This document shows, piece by piece, positions 1 to 9,063 of a stretch of DNA of 64,000 nt. The notes under the pieces are model-generated. The model had not been told where the DNA came from. It ran no database searches and saw nothing but the letters and a program-made list of their open reading frames with translations. Source of the DNA: a virus. The DNA is taken from positions 1-64,000 of IMG/VR virus record IMGVR_UViG_3300033997_000077. One strand, written 5' to 3'. The position numbers and the translations under genes were made by a program. How positions within the stretch are numbered: position 1 is the first letter of the stretch; each line of letters opens with the position of its first letter.

Positions 1-1
1 C

Positions 2-481
2 CTGCGTGCGTTCACCGCCGCCGAATTCCGTTCACACTTCGTCAGCAAGGTTGTCGAAGCGTTGCGCCCGCTGGGCGGTCAGGCGATTGCAACCCTCAGC
101 GAGGTTGTTGCCCGCAATCCGCACTTCCCCAATTCGCGCACCGTGCTTCAGTCCAATGCGCCGCTTGCCCTTGAGACATTTGCGAGCGACTTGTTAAACT
201 TCGCGTTGCAGGGCCCGTGCGTTGAGCCGTCGTATGCGATGTACGCCCTTATGCTGGAAGACAAGCCTGCCGATTGGTATGCACCTGTGCTGGGTGGTGT
301 TACCGTGGAAGGGTCGCCCGCGCTGCCGGATGCCTACACGCACTATCACAGTGACGAGATCATCCAACGCGTGGTTCTCGCGCACCACTACCGCGTGCCA
401 CTGCAATCAATGTGGGCTCAGACCATGCTGATTGCTCTCCGCAAAGACAACAACCTCGACCAGTATCACCTCTTCAAGTAA
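2..481 (+). CDS. hypothetical protein, 5'-truncated by the window edge
   Basis: The frame of ORF 62..481 stays open back to position 2 and ends at TAA 481, just before the AAGGA RBS of the next gene. Confidence 0.6.
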   Translation: MRAFTAAEFRSHFVSKVVEALRPLGGQAIATLSEVVARNPHFPNSRTVLQSNAPLALETFASDLLNFALQGPCVEPSYAMYALMLEDKPADWYAPVLGGVTVEGSPALPDAYTHYHSDEIIQRVVLAHHYRVPLQSMWAQTMLIALRKDNNLDQYHLFK

Positions 482-491
482 GGAAACGCTT

Positions 492-683
492 ATGAGCAAG
501 TTGCAGCAACTCAACGATTGGCTCGCAAAGGAAGCTGACACTCACGGCTTCCCGTCCTTTCGTCGCAAGATTGACGCAAGCGGTGCCAACCTTAGCTGGT
601 TGCGCAAGGCCCTGAAGAAGATCGACGCGCCTGAAGAGATCAAGGCACTGGCAGCATTGGAAATCAAGGAGCTGGTCAAGTGA
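492..683 (+). CDS. small hypothetical protein (63 aa)
   Basis: AAGGA RBS then ATG 492 (MSKLQQLNDWLAK). The stop overlaps the GTG of the next gene (GTGA). Confidence 0.7.
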   Translation: MSKLQQLNDWLAKEADTHGFPSFRRKIDASGANLSWLRKALKKIDAPEEIKALAALEIKELVK

Positions 684-1555
684 TCGTAAACCGCAACACT
701 AACGGTACGTTGAGTTCCGTGAACGTGGACAATCGCATCATTGAGATTGCCACCGACGCGGAATACGACTTGGCAATGGTGATCAACCAATTGCTTGAGC
801 CGACCAACCGCACCGAAGCCGCAGTAGGTCGCCTGCTCCGCCAGTTGCGACATCAGGAGAAAACGCCGAACACGCGCAAGGTTCTCCGTGCCATCGCCAA
901 CGTATTAGCTGACGGTTGTGCATCTCAGATGCTGACGCGACGCGAGAAGTTCGTGCCGTTTGACGAGCGGGCATCGCCGATTCACCAGCAGGTCAAGAAG
1001 CTGGCGCGCAAGGGCAAGAAGTTCAACATCGTGATTGCGGATCCGCCTTGGGAGTATCAGGACAAGGCAGCTGCTGGGGAACGCGGTGCTGAGTTCAAGT
1101 ATCCGGTGATGAAGTTGCGCGACATCAAGAACCTCGACATCAACAGCATTGTGGCGAAAGATGCGGTGCTGTTGTTGTGGGGAACGTGGCCGCTGCTGGA
1201 CGAGGCGAAAGCCGTAATGCGTGCTTGGGGCTTCAAGTACAAGACCAACGCGTTCGTGTGGGTGAAGCGCAACAAGTTGCAGACCGACACCGACTTCATG
1301 GGCGGCGGACACTACACTCGCAGCAACAGCGAGTTCGTGTTGATTGGCGTGCGCGGTAAGCGCCTGCCTCGACTCAACAACAACGTGAAGCAGGTTATCT
1401 ACGAAGCGCTGCGCGAGCACAGCCAGAAGCCGGAAGAGTTCTACAAATCTGTAAACCGATTGTATGACCTCAAGAAGTATCCGACGGTTGAGCTATTTGC
1501 TCGGCAACGACGCCCGAACATTACGGTGCTCGGCAACGACGTTGACCGCTTCTAA
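680..1555 (+). CDS. MT-A70 family N6-adenine methyltransferase with N-terminal extension
   Basis: Motifs IVIADPPWEY, LLLWGTWPLL, WGFKYKT..WVK, GHYTRSNSEFVLIGVRG, HSQKPEE and ELFARQ. Confidence 0.9.
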   Translation: MIVNRNTNGTLSSVNVDNRIIEIATDAEYDLAMVINQLLEPTNRTEAAVGRLLRQLRHQEKTPNTRKVLRAIANVLADGCASQMLTRREKFVPFDERASPIHQQVKKLARKGKKFNIVIADPPWEYQDKAAAGERGAEFKYPVMKLRDIKNLDINSIVAKDAVLLLWGTWPLLDEAKAVMRAWGFKYKTNAFVWVKRNKLQTDTDFMGGGHYTRSNSEFVLIGVRGKRLPRLNNNVKQVIYEALREHSQKPEEFYKSVNRLYDLKKYPTVELFARQRRPNITVLGNDVDRF

Positions 1556-1566
1556 TAGCTGTATGT

Positions 1567-1603
1567 AGCTACGCTGGGAATTCAGACCCCTTCCAGCGTA
1601 GCT
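1567..1603 (+). terminator. intergenic stem-loop (possible terminator or regulatory hairpin)
   Basis: 11-bp perfect inverted repeat AGCTACGCTGG/CCAGCGTAGCT just after the MTase stop. The U-tract is weak. A second small hairpin AACCC-TGTT-GGGTT follows. Confidence 0.5.
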
Positions 1604-1649
1604 GTTTGGTGAACCCTGTTGGGTTTGTATTAAAAAGTAAGGACTGAAA

Positions 1650-2834
1650 ATGACAAAGGCAAAAGAAAAAGCTGGGCAAGTAGCGCCGAAGAGCGCACCG
1701 AAAAAGGCATCGACTCCAAAGCCCATTCCCGCCGAACCCATTGCTCCGGAAGCTGTGGAAGAGATCAAGGTCAATTCTCGCGAAGCTCTGCTGGATAGCG
1801 TGGCAGAAGCTCACGCGTTGATCACTCGCCGCAAGTCTTCTGAAATCCTGCCGTCTCCGGTGTTCCTCTTCGACATCGAAGGGCTCGACGTGCTGGCATC
1901 TACCGCCATCTCTAGCCTCGGCATCATCTACATGGATGCGGCGCGTGCAACTGCTGGTGACCTGATCGACGCGGTAGCGCGTTCGGCCTACGCCGCGCAC
2001 AAAGAACGTCTGCATGGCCCAGACTCCGATGACGTAGCTATGGATAGCGAGCGCGATCCGTGTGTTGCTGTGAAGAGCTGGAACTTCGACGTGGATGCGC
2101 AAGTGCGTCGCTACGGTCGCACCGTATCGCGTTCAACTCAGACTTGGTGGGCCAACGCGTCGCCGCAGGCTCACGCCGCTGCCGCTGCTCCGCGCTACTC
2201 GCTCACTCCGTGTCTGGGTGACACGCTGCAAAGCATTCGCCAATTCGTTATCTCCTGCCTGAACGAAGTTGTGCTCGGCCTGTCACTCGAAGACAGCGAG
2301 ACCATCATGCAGAACATCCGTTTTGTGGTGCGTGGTTCTCAGTACGATGCTGCTGCGCTGGAAACTCTGTTCCAACAGGTGCTGGACATCCGGCCTGCTC
2401 CGACTCCGGAAACCGCGTTCGCCAACATTCCGGATCCCGACACTGGCAACCAGATTTCCACATTGTGGTTCTTCCGCTCTGTGATCGAAATCCGTTCGTA
2501 CCTCGACGGCTACCGCTCCGGCCTGCTGGCTGCCAGTGGTAACCGCGCGGCAACCCAAGAACATCTGGACGCCGCATACAAATACGCTGCCAACAACCGC
2601 CGCATGGCTGCCAACTCTCTGGCCGATATGACTTTCGGTAATCAGGCGAAGAGTCAGGTTTACAACAGCTTGCACGACAAGCAAGCAGCGTTGGCGTTGC
2701 GCGCTTCCGGTGGCCGTCACGTCGGGGAGTTCGATTCCCTGTACGACGCTCTGCTGATCCTGCCGACCCTGAACGGCAAGGCAGCACGCCAGTTCGCTGA
2801 ATCTCTTCTCGGTGACGAAGACGTAGCCGAGTGA
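1650..2834 (+). CDS. DEDD(h) 3'-5' exonuclease (Rv2179c/DUF5051-like) with Lys/Pro-rich N-terminal tail
   Basis: Exo I FLFDIEGL, TQTWWA, Exo II RGSQYDAAAL, W.F..V.EIRSY and Exo III-like RHVGEFD. TAAGGA RBS. Confidence 0.7.
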   Translation: MTKAKEKAGQVAPKSAPKKASTPKPIPAEPIAPEAVEEIKVNSREALLDSVAEAHALITRRKSSEILPSPVFLFDIEGLDVLASTAISSLGIIYMDAARATAGDLIDAVARSAYAAHKERLHGPDSDDVAMDSERDPCVAVKSWNFDVDAQVRRYGRTVSRSTQTWWANASPQAHAAAAAPRYSLTPCLGDTLQSIRQFVISCLNEVVLGLSLEDSETIMQNIRFVVRGSQYDAAALETLFQQVLDIRPAPTPETAFANIPDPDTGNQISTLWFFRSVIEIRSYLDGYRSGLLAASGNRAATQEHLDAAYKYAANNRRMAANSLADMTFGNQAKSQVYNSLHDKQAALALRASGGRHVGEFDSLYDALLILPTLNGKAARQFAESLLGDEDVAE

Positions 2835-2974
2835 TTTGGTTCCTGATTTGTTTAGCGTGCATTAGCCTTGGTGCACAACTAGACCTGAGTTGGACAGATT
2901 CCAACACCTCCGGCAGTGGGAGCACGCACGTTGCTCTCGCATCTATTGCGTGCGAATTCTGGTCGCACTACTGA
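2831..2974 (+). CDS. putative 47-aa small protein with hydrophobic N-terminus (not in the ORF track)
   Basis: GTG overlaps the upstream TGA (GTGA coupling). Reads MIWFLICLACISLGAQLDLSW...FWSHY and ends just before a terminator. Confidence 0.35.
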   Translation: MIWFLICLACISLGAQLDLSWTDSNTSGSGSTHVALASIACEFWSHY

Positions 2975-2993
2975 CGAACAAGGCAACCTGTAG

Positions 2994-3021
2994 AAGGGGG
3001 TGGGCATTTGCCTGCCCCTTT
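2994..3021 (+). terminator. Rho-independent terminator
   Basis: AAGGGGGTGGGC-ATTT-GCCTGCCCCTTT, a GC stem with G-U pairs. Confidence 0.6.
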
Positions 3022-3032
3022 CGCGTTTCCGA

Positions 3033-3042
3033 CGCTAATTTT
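3033..3042 (+). promoter_or_regulatory. candidate late-promoter motif CGCTAATTTT
   Basis: GCTAATTT recurs intergenically at 19616 and 49133, each time upstream of a virion gene block. Confidence 0.45.
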
Positions 3043-3068
3043 GCTCACATCCACGAAGAGGTATCGCG

Positions 3069-3785
3069 ATGAAAATCCAACTCTCAATGTCGAAGGCGTT
3101 CTCGGCATTGACTACCGCAGAGCGTGCAAAGTTCGAACGTTGGTTCGGCAAGAGCGTTGTTCGCGACAAGTCCGGTGAACCTCTACGCTGCTATCACGGC
3201 TCACCGAAAGAATTCAAGCAGTTCGACCCCAAGTTCATTGGCTCCGGCGTTGACCAATACGGGATCGGCTACTACTTCACAAGCTCGCCTGACATGGCGA
3301 ACACATACACGCGCAACAAGGTTGATCCCGTCACAGGTAAAGACCGGACGGATCCCGAAAGCAGCAACGTCATGCCCGTGTATCTCCGCATCAAGAAGCC
3401 CATCGACTTTTACCGCCAGCCCAAGATCACACGCGCCCAAGTCAGCAAAATGTTGACGGGGCTGGGCCGCCGCAATCTCGAACGATTCATCCGCGACAAC
3501 TACGACGTGGATTTTCAGGGGATGCAGGCAAGTATCAACGAGTACGCCGAAAACTACATCGGCCACGAACTGGTGCACGCGTCGATGATGCTGTGGAGTG
3601 ACCTTTACGACGGTCATCCTGACGCGGGCCACTTCCCAGAAATCTTCGCCTCGGCCACTGGGTACGACGGCATCATTGCGCGGCGCGCTGGTGGTGACGT
3701 GTACGTTGTCTTCTCACCGTTGCAGATCAAATCCGCTGTAGGTAACAGTGGACGTTACCGTCGCGTTGCCGACATCACCGATTAG
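3069..3785 (+). CDS. ADP-ribosyltransferase-like protein (ART-PolyVal type) with N-terminal S-x-S leader
   Basis: YHGS..F..FD, GIGYYFTSS..A.TY, VMPVYLRIKKP, GYDGII and YVVFSPLQIKS. Starts MKIQLSMS. GAGG RBS. Confidence 0.75.
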   Translation: MKIQLSMSKAFSALTTAERAKFERWFGKSVVRDKSGEPLRCYHGSPKEFKQFDPKFIGSGVDQYGIGYYFTSSPDMANTYTRNKVDPVTGKDRTDPESSNVMPVYLRIKKPIDFYRQPKITRAQVSKMLTGLGRRNLERFIRDNYDVDFQGMQASINEYAENYIGHELVHASMMLWSDLYDGHPDAGHFPEIFASATGYDGIIARRAGGDVYVVFSPLQIKSAVGNSGRYRRVADITD

Positions 3786-3795
3786 GGAACCTCCG

Positions 3796-4308
3796 ATGCA
3801 AATTCAACTCTCACTCTCTGCGGGCCACGTGATTTACTACCGAGGCTTGCAAGTCGCGTTCGACCAGTCAGTGCATGATCGCTCGCACATCATCTGGCTC
3901 ACACCGGATCGTCAGTACGCTATGCGCTACGCTGGTGACCCGCGCCACCTAATGCGCTTCTCTGTCAACGTCAATCACGGCTTCAACTTTGGCTTCCGCA
4001 CGTTCGAGACTGAAGTGAAAATCTCCGACGTTGTTGACCGTATCCGCTCTGCGTTGAACGAGCGCGCTAACAGCGGCGGCATCACCAAGGCTCAGTACAA
4101 GTCCGTGGTCGATCAGCTGAGTGCTATCAGCGACAGCGACACTGGCAAGTTCAAGAAAGTCTGGGCGTGGTACATGGAAGACAAGCGCATTGCCCAAGCG
4201 CTGAAGGCCGCTGGTTACGATCACGTGATCGGCAGAGAAGGCCCGTCGGACAACATACCAACCATTGGCGTGTTCGATCCGAAGAACGTCAAGGTGGAGC
4301 CCGCATGA
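3796..4308 (+). CDS. divergent ART-PolyVal-like protein with S-x-S leader
   Basis: ATG 3796 (MQIQLSLSA). Motifs YYRG, IWLTPDRQYAMRY, LKAAGYDHVI and GVFDPKNVK. Confidence 0.6.
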   Translation: MQIQLSLSAGHVIYYRGLQVAFDQSVHDRSHIIWLTPDRQYAMRYAGDPRHLMRFSVNVNHGFNFGFRTFETEVKISDVVDRIRSALNERANSGGITKAQYKSVVDQLSAISDSDTGKFKKVWAWYMEDKRIAQALKAAGYDHVIGREGPSDNIPTIGVFDPKNVKVEPA

Positions 4309-4877
4309 TCATCCTGCTCAGTACGTCTGACGATGGAATCTATGACGTGCCAAAAACTGAAGAGCACAAGTACGTGTCGAAGGAAGTTGCGGCATTCATC
4401 AAGAAGACGCAAGCTGGCATCTTCAAGCTCTTCCCCGAAGCCAAGAAAAAGTTCAAGGGAGTGCGTTACACAAAGCGCGTGACAAGTTCCCTCGATCCGT
4501 TCGACAGGACGCTAAGAGTCAGCACTATGGCAACTGGCGGCACTGTAGCTGAAGCCCAACGGATCCAAAGCCAAGGCAACAAGTCCGGCTACATGGTGCA
4601 CGATGGGCCGCATGAAGCGTTCACGTCCCTTATCGTGCATGAGACGGCACACTTCATCGACCATGCCGTGAAGCTCAAGTTCAAAAACAACGACGACGTT
4701 TTGATTGAGTACCAACAGGCTAAGCGTGCCTTGCGGAAGCAGATCGGTAACCCGAGTCCTTATGCTGAGACGCACGAAGGCGAATGGTTTGCCGAGCAAT
4801 TTACCGTTGAGTACATGGGGAAAGGGGATGGCCCCCTGTTCACTTTGCTGCGTAGATTTTATGAGGACATGACATGA
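4305..4877 (+). CDS. zincin metallopeptidase-like protein (HExxH) with S-x-S leader
   Basis: ATG 4305 overlaps the upstream stop (MIILLSTS). Motifs LIVHETAHFID and SPYAETHEGEWFAEQF. Confidence 0.7.
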   Translation: MIILLSTSDDGIYDVPKTEEHKYVSKEVAAFIKKTQAGIFKLFPEAKKKFKGVRYTKRVTSSLDPFDRTLRVSTMATGGTVAEAQRIQSQGNKSGYMVHDGPHEAFTSLIVHETAHFIDHAVKLKFKNNDDVLIEYQQAKRALRKQIGNPSPYAETHEGEWFAEQFTVEYMGKGDGPLFTLLRRFYEDMT

Positions 4878-5182
4878 AAGTAGAACTCGGATTGTCGGAG
4901 AGCGCGAAGACCAAGCGCCCTGAGTACAGCATTACCCTCAAGGTCAGTGACTTCGATGCGGCTTCCGCTGTGTTGAAAGTCCTGACCCATATGCAAAAGG
5001 ATTGCCGCGAGGGGCACGGCAGCGAATACATCATGGACGCTGACGGCGACGACAAGGCCACAACCTACATCGACGGTGACGGTGGTGCCAACATTTCCAA
5101 CATCATGTGCAGCTTGGACGGCGGCGAGCCCGTTGAGTTTACGTTCAAGAAGATGCAGGAAGAAGGGCTGAAGGTGCTGTAA
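4874..5182 (+). CDS. hypothetical protein with S-x-S leader
   Basis: ATGA overlap, GAGG RBS, starts MKVELGLSESA. Confidence 0.7.
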   Translation: MKVELGLSESAKTKRPEYSITLKVSDFDAASAVLKVLTHMQKDCREGHGSEYIMDADGDDKATTYIDGDGGANISNIMCSLDGGEPVEFTFKKMQEEGLKVL

Positions 5183-5625
5183 TGGAGATCCGACTTTCCC
5201 TCAGTGCCGACGTCTACTACCACGGCACCAAGAAAAAGTTCAGCGCGTTCTCCGAGTACCGACCAGCATTCTTCACCAAGAGCTTGGACTATGCGAAAGA
5301 GTACGGCCCGATAATCATGGAGGCACATCTCGATATAAAGCATGTGTTCGACACGCGTAACGACAGGCGTGCTGTTCAGATCTACAATGAGAAGTTTCTG
5401 CTGTCAGGGCTTGCGCAGGAGGGTGCGCGTCGCATAACGTTGGGGTCTCCTGTACCATTCAGGGAAGCTGACGAGCTGTGGGCATATCTGGCGATACCGG
5501 AATATCCAGAGCCGCACTACGACGCGATCATCGTTAGTGAAGGGACTGCCGGAACCGCCATGCACGCTGCGGAGCTGTCTTACGTACCATTGCACGTCAA
5601 CCAAATCAAGCTGGTGAAGTCATGA
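5182..5625 (+). CDS. ART-PolyVal-like protein with S-x-S leader
   Basis: Starts MEIRLSLSA. Motifs YYHGT..F..F, FFTKSLDYAKEYG, YDAIIV and SYVPL..NQIK. Confidence 0.65.
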   Translation: MEIRLSLSADVYYHGTKKKFSAFSEYRPAFFTKSLDYAKEYGPIIMEAHLDIKHVFDTRNDRRAVQIYNEKFLLSGLAQEGARRITLGSPVPFREADELWAYLAIPEYPEPHYDAIIVSEGTAGTAMHAAELSYVPLHVNQIKLVKS

Positions 5626-5825
5626 TCTTCATTTGCGAGAAATGCGGCGCACGGGAGAACACCGCCAACTGCGGGTACTGGAACAACGGCCACCAGCTGA
5701 TCTGTAGCGTGTGCGACCCAGCCATCGGTAAGTGGCACAACCGATTCCCGCGCCGTACTGAAGACGGACGCGATCCCGAAACTGGCGAGTTCAAACCTAC
5801 GCCACCAAATCAACCACTCGTTTAA
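5622..5825 (+). CDS. small Zn-finger protein (two CxxC)
   Basis: CEKC...CSVC and GKWHNRFPR. ATGA overlap with the upstream gene. Confidence 0.6.
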   Translation: MIFICEKCGARENTANCGYWNNGHQLICSVCDPAIGKWHNRFPRRTEDGRDPETGEFKPTPPNQPLV

Positions 5826-5834
5826 GGAAAGCAA

Positions 5835-6656
5835 ATGAAACTCACCATCTCCATGACTTCTACTTCAGCGGTAGCTCCGGAATCGGACTATAGCTGGAGC
5901 ACCTACACATCACTCGCATCATTCGGCCTGCTGTTCCGTGGCAAGGAAGTCCTGCTGTCTAACGGATCTCAGTTCGGCCTTCGCGACGGCAGCAAAGGCG
6001 CTGCTCGCCTGATTATGCGCGGCGAGCCCACCAAGGTGATCACCGTTACTCCGGAAGAACGTACCGTACTGCTGGCACGCGCAACTCCCGTCACTACCAA
6101 GGGCGGCAAGAGAGCTAAGGTGCAAGGTGTGGTGCCTAAGTTTGATGCAGCTTCCTTCTGGAAGACCGACATCGCGCCTGCACTGGCCGAAGCACTGAAG
6201 AAGTTTGCAGGTGCGCGCCCGACTCGTCAGATGGCTACGTACATGAAAGGCATAGCGGAAGCATCCTTGGCGTATGGCGAAGGCCACACCGAAGCACTTG
6301 GTGCAAAGGTACTGACCGCGATCAACAAGCCCGTGCAGTTTGATATGGGAAGCATCGACATATCCAATCCGTTAGGTAAACTGGCGCAGCAGCTGGTTAA
6401 CACCAGCCCTGAGTTGAAGCGCATCTTCGGCGGTAAGGTCAAGCGCAAGACAGTGTTCGACTACTACTCCGTGTATCAGGATTTCCACTACGGTGCCGCT
6501 CACGCGCTACTGGCCGCCGCTATGCTCACTAAGCGTCAGGCCAACGTTGTCAATGTCGCAATGGGCCTTGACTCTAGTGCACGGGATTCGATCCCTGCCA
6601 AAGTCAACGCTGCTATTGAAGACATGGATAGCCGCGCTTCATCCAAGGCAAAGTAA
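5835..6656 (+). CDS. putative internal head protein with S-x-S leader
   Basis: Starts MKLTISMTSTSA. TAAGGA RBS. N-terminal domain resembles those of 33566 and 54982. Confidence 0.65.
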   Translation: MKLTISMTSTSAVAPESDYSWSTYTSLASFGLLFRGKEVLLSNGSQFGLRDGSKGAARLIMRGEPTKVITVTPEERTVLLARATPVTTKGGKRAKVQGVVPKFDAASFWKTDIAPALAEALKKFAGARPTRQMATYMKGIAEASLAYGEGHTEALGAKVLTAINKPVQFDMGSIDISNPLGKLAQQLVNTSPELKRIFGGKVKRKTVFDYYSVYQDFHYGAAHALLAAAMLTKRQANVVNVAMGLDSSARDSIPAKVNAAIEDMDSRASSKAK

Positions 6657-7561
6657 TGCGCATTCAACTGTCACTGTCCGATGATCGCGAACATCAACGC
6701 GCGTTGGACGAAACAGGGTTCTGGGGTCGGCAAGGTGCTGGCCTCATTATCATGTGCTCCGCAACTGGTCGCGTCCTTCTCCCCTACCGCAGCGCGCAAG
6801 TAGAGCAGCCGCATACGTGGGGAACTTGGGGCGGGGCCATTGACGAAGGCGAAGACCCGAAGACCGCCGCCACCCGCGAGATGCGTGAGGAATCCGGCAT
6901 TCGTATCGATCCACGTTCCGTCACCAAGCTGTTCGTGTTTCGCAAGGGGACGTTCACCTACACAACGTTCCTTGCGCTGGTCGCCGAGGAATTCAAGCCG
7001 CGTCTTGACATGGAAACCGAACGCGCTGAGTGGTTTGCGTTGGATAGCCTGCCGAGCCCTTTGCACTTTGGCCTGCGCGCCGTTCTGGACGACTCGAAGG
7101 CGAGAGCCGTAATCGAAACTGCCCAGCAGTCCGTACTCGGCAATCAACTCGAAGCCCTAGTCAAAGAAGTCGAAGCCTACCAAGACAATCATTTTGGTTG
7201 GTACGACAAACAAAAACTGTACGACGCGTTCACGAAACTGCCGGAAGAGTTTCGCATGAAGTTCTATCGCGCACCGCGAGGACTATGGCGAGGCTCTGAC
7301 TACTACAACAACGACCACAACTTCGCTGACTACTGCGCGGGCAAGTTGGTGCCAGCATTGAGCTTCACCAACAACGAAGGTGTCGCCAACATCTTCGGCA
7401 CGCCGAAAAAGTATCACGACATTTGCGTATCGTTTGACGAGTCGCTGGACACGTCAAAGCTGGCGAAAGAGTTGAACCGACGCCGCATCGATCACAGCAT
7501 TGGCGATGATGAAGGCGAAGTCATTCTGATGGGCGTGCGTTACCGACAGACGATGAAGTGA
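6656..7561 (+). CDS. Nudix hydrolase fused to a C-terminal R-S-E type ART-like domain, with S-x-S leader
   Basis: Complete Nudix box GGAIDEGEDPKTAATREMREESG. C-terminal LWRG...ALSFT...A..F...DEGEVIL. Starts MRIQLSLS. Confidence 0.8.
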   Translation: MRIQLSLSDDREHQRALDETGFWGRQGAGLIIMCSATGRVLLPYRSAQVEQPHTWGTWGGAIDEGEDPKTAATREMREESGIRIDPRSVTKLFVFRKGTFTYTTFLALVAEEFKPRLDMETERAEWFALDSLPSPLHFGLRAVLDDSKARAVIETAQQSVLGNQLEALVKEVEAYQDNHFGWYDKQKLYDAFTKLPEEFRMKFYRAPRGLWRGSDYYNNDHNFADYCAGKLVPALSFTNNEGVANIFGTPKKYHDICVSFDESLDTSKLAKELNRRRIDHSIGDDEGEVILMGVRYRQTMK

Positions 7562-8100
7562 TCGACAACACGCGAGAATTAGAAATGTTCCTATCAGTTC
7601 AATCTGGTCAGGCTGCGATGGCGGGCCCAGTGCCCGCGTCAGAGATCAAAGCAGTCAAGTCCTCCCATCCGGCGTATAACACGGTCGTCAACCAGCTGAC
7701 CTATGCTGCGTTCACCGACGTTGAGCCACAAGCCAGTTCGGTCAGCCTCAGTGGCTTTGGTGCAGTCAACGCCGCCAACTCTTCGATCACCATAGAGTTC
7801 CAGCGTCCGCTATTTATCAAGTCTGCTGACGTGCAGACATTGAAGCGCGCCACCGCAGGGTCATGGGGCATCGACTATCTTAGCGGAGTCAAGCTGCAAG
7901 CACTGGTAGAGGGAGTGTGGGAAACTGCCTTTACGTTCCCGTCCGGAATGTCTTCAGGATCGGTCGTTGGGCCAGACGGGAAGACTTTCAACGAGAGCTG
8001 GCCGAGCAATCTGCCAGTCAATCGCACGTGTACTGCTCTGCGTCTGTTTACTGCGAGCGGGTATATCTGCGCCTCAACGTTCCGACCTATTATGGGGTAA
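7558..8100 (+). CDS. hypothetical beta-rich protein (possible discoidin/carbohydrate-binding fold)
   Basis: GTGA overlap. Beta-strand pattern SITIEF...VKLQA..W...ALRLF. The fold call is weak. Confidence 0.55.
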   Translation: MIDNTRELEMFLSVQSGQAAMAGPVPASEIKAVKSSHPAYNTVVNQLTYAAFTDVEPQASSVSLSGFGAVNAANSSITIEFQRPLFIKSADVQTLKRATAGSWGIDYLSGVKLQALVEGVWETAFTFPSGMSSGSVVGPDGKTFNESWPSNLPVNRTCTALRLFTASGYICASTFRPIMG

Positions 8101-8103
8101 CCG

Positions 8104-9051
8104 ATGAAGATTTTGATGTCACTGAGCGCCAGTGATCGGCTGTTCTACTTCACCCAGCTGCCCGCGCTAAAGAAAATCGTAGCAGGCGGCAAGTTGCTGC
8201 TGTCACCGACGGGCACCACTACTTCTGATGCCGCGCACGGCACGAAGTACCCATACTTTATGAGTCTGACCCGCAGCCGCCAAGGCAGTTACCATGCCAG
8301 AGATGAAAGCGGCGTGCTGCTGGAATATGACGGGCGCGTGCTGGGCCAACGCAACGCAATCAAACCAGTCGATTATTGGAATACCATCGAATCCGCGCGC
8401 AAGCGTAAGAGCAGCAACGAGATGGAAGAGCGGCTGTATTCGCGCACTAAGGATCTCGACGTCTACGCTGGCCTGCTGTCTGTGTCTGTCCTGATTGATA
8501 ACGATGGCATCGACCGGACGCTGCGCCTGCAACTCGCTACCGAGTGCAGCAAGCGTAAGATTCCGTTGTTCTTCTACACCGACCGCAAGGCGTGGTTGCT
8601 TGGAGACCGCCGCAAGGCAGTAGGGGCCACCGATACCAAGGCGGCGGAAGCACGCAAGCCCTACGTTGCTCGCAGTGAGTTTGAGAAGAATCAACGATCC
8701 GAACTCACCGATATGCGCGTCCTGTTAGAAACGTTGCTGAAGAATCCGGACTTCAACCTTTACACAGATCTCTACGATCTGAAGGGATTCTCTGATCGCA
8801 CGCGTGGTATGGTGCTGCGTTATCAGCGAGACTTGAAGCCAGCTCTGGTGGCCGAGTTCCAAAACGCAGGCCGTGCACAAAACGGCGGCAATCCAAAAAT
8901 GCGCAAGCGCCTCGATGCTCTGCTCGCCGTAATGAAGAAGTTCAACCTGTCGTCAGCTGAGCAGTTGGCTGACTTTATTGCGCAACGTCACCAAGCCGAC
9001 TGGCAGCGCGACCGCGACGCACGACCCAAAGACGAATCCGATAACTGGTAA
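8104..9051 (+). CDS. putative ART-fold protein with S-x-S leader
   Basis: Starts MKILMSLSAS. LFYFT..L.KI..G.L.LS, FMSLTRS, GVLLEYDG and EMEERLY resemble ART-fold motifs (DarT/DUF2971-like spacing). Confidence 0.5.
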   Translation: MKILMSLSASDRLFYFTQLPALKKIVAGGKLLLSPTGTTTSDAAHGTKYPYFMSLTRSRQGSYHARDESGVLLEYDGRVLGQRNAIKPVDYWNTIESARKRKSSNEMEERLYSRTKDLDVYAGLLSVSVLIDNDGIDRTLRLQLATECSKRKIPLFFYTDRKAWLLGDRRKAVGATDTKAAEARKPYVARSEFEKNQRSELTDMRVLLETLLKNPDFNLYTDLYDLKGFSDRTRGMVLRYQRDLKPALVAEFQNAGRAQNGGNPKMRKRLDALLAVMKKFNLSSAEQLADFIAQRHQADWQRDRDARPKDESDNW

Positions 9052-9063
9052 GGAATACTGATC

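Noticed and set aside
2835-3068. Longest apparent intergenic gap as a tRNA or ncRNA
   Set aside because: No cloverleaf or T-loop consensus. It is better explained by a small coupled ORF, a terminator and a promoter-like motif.
8104-9051. A DarTG toxin-antitoxin module
   Set aside because: The resemblance to DarT-like ART motifs is only loose, and I saw no macrodomain or NADAR antitoxin nearby.
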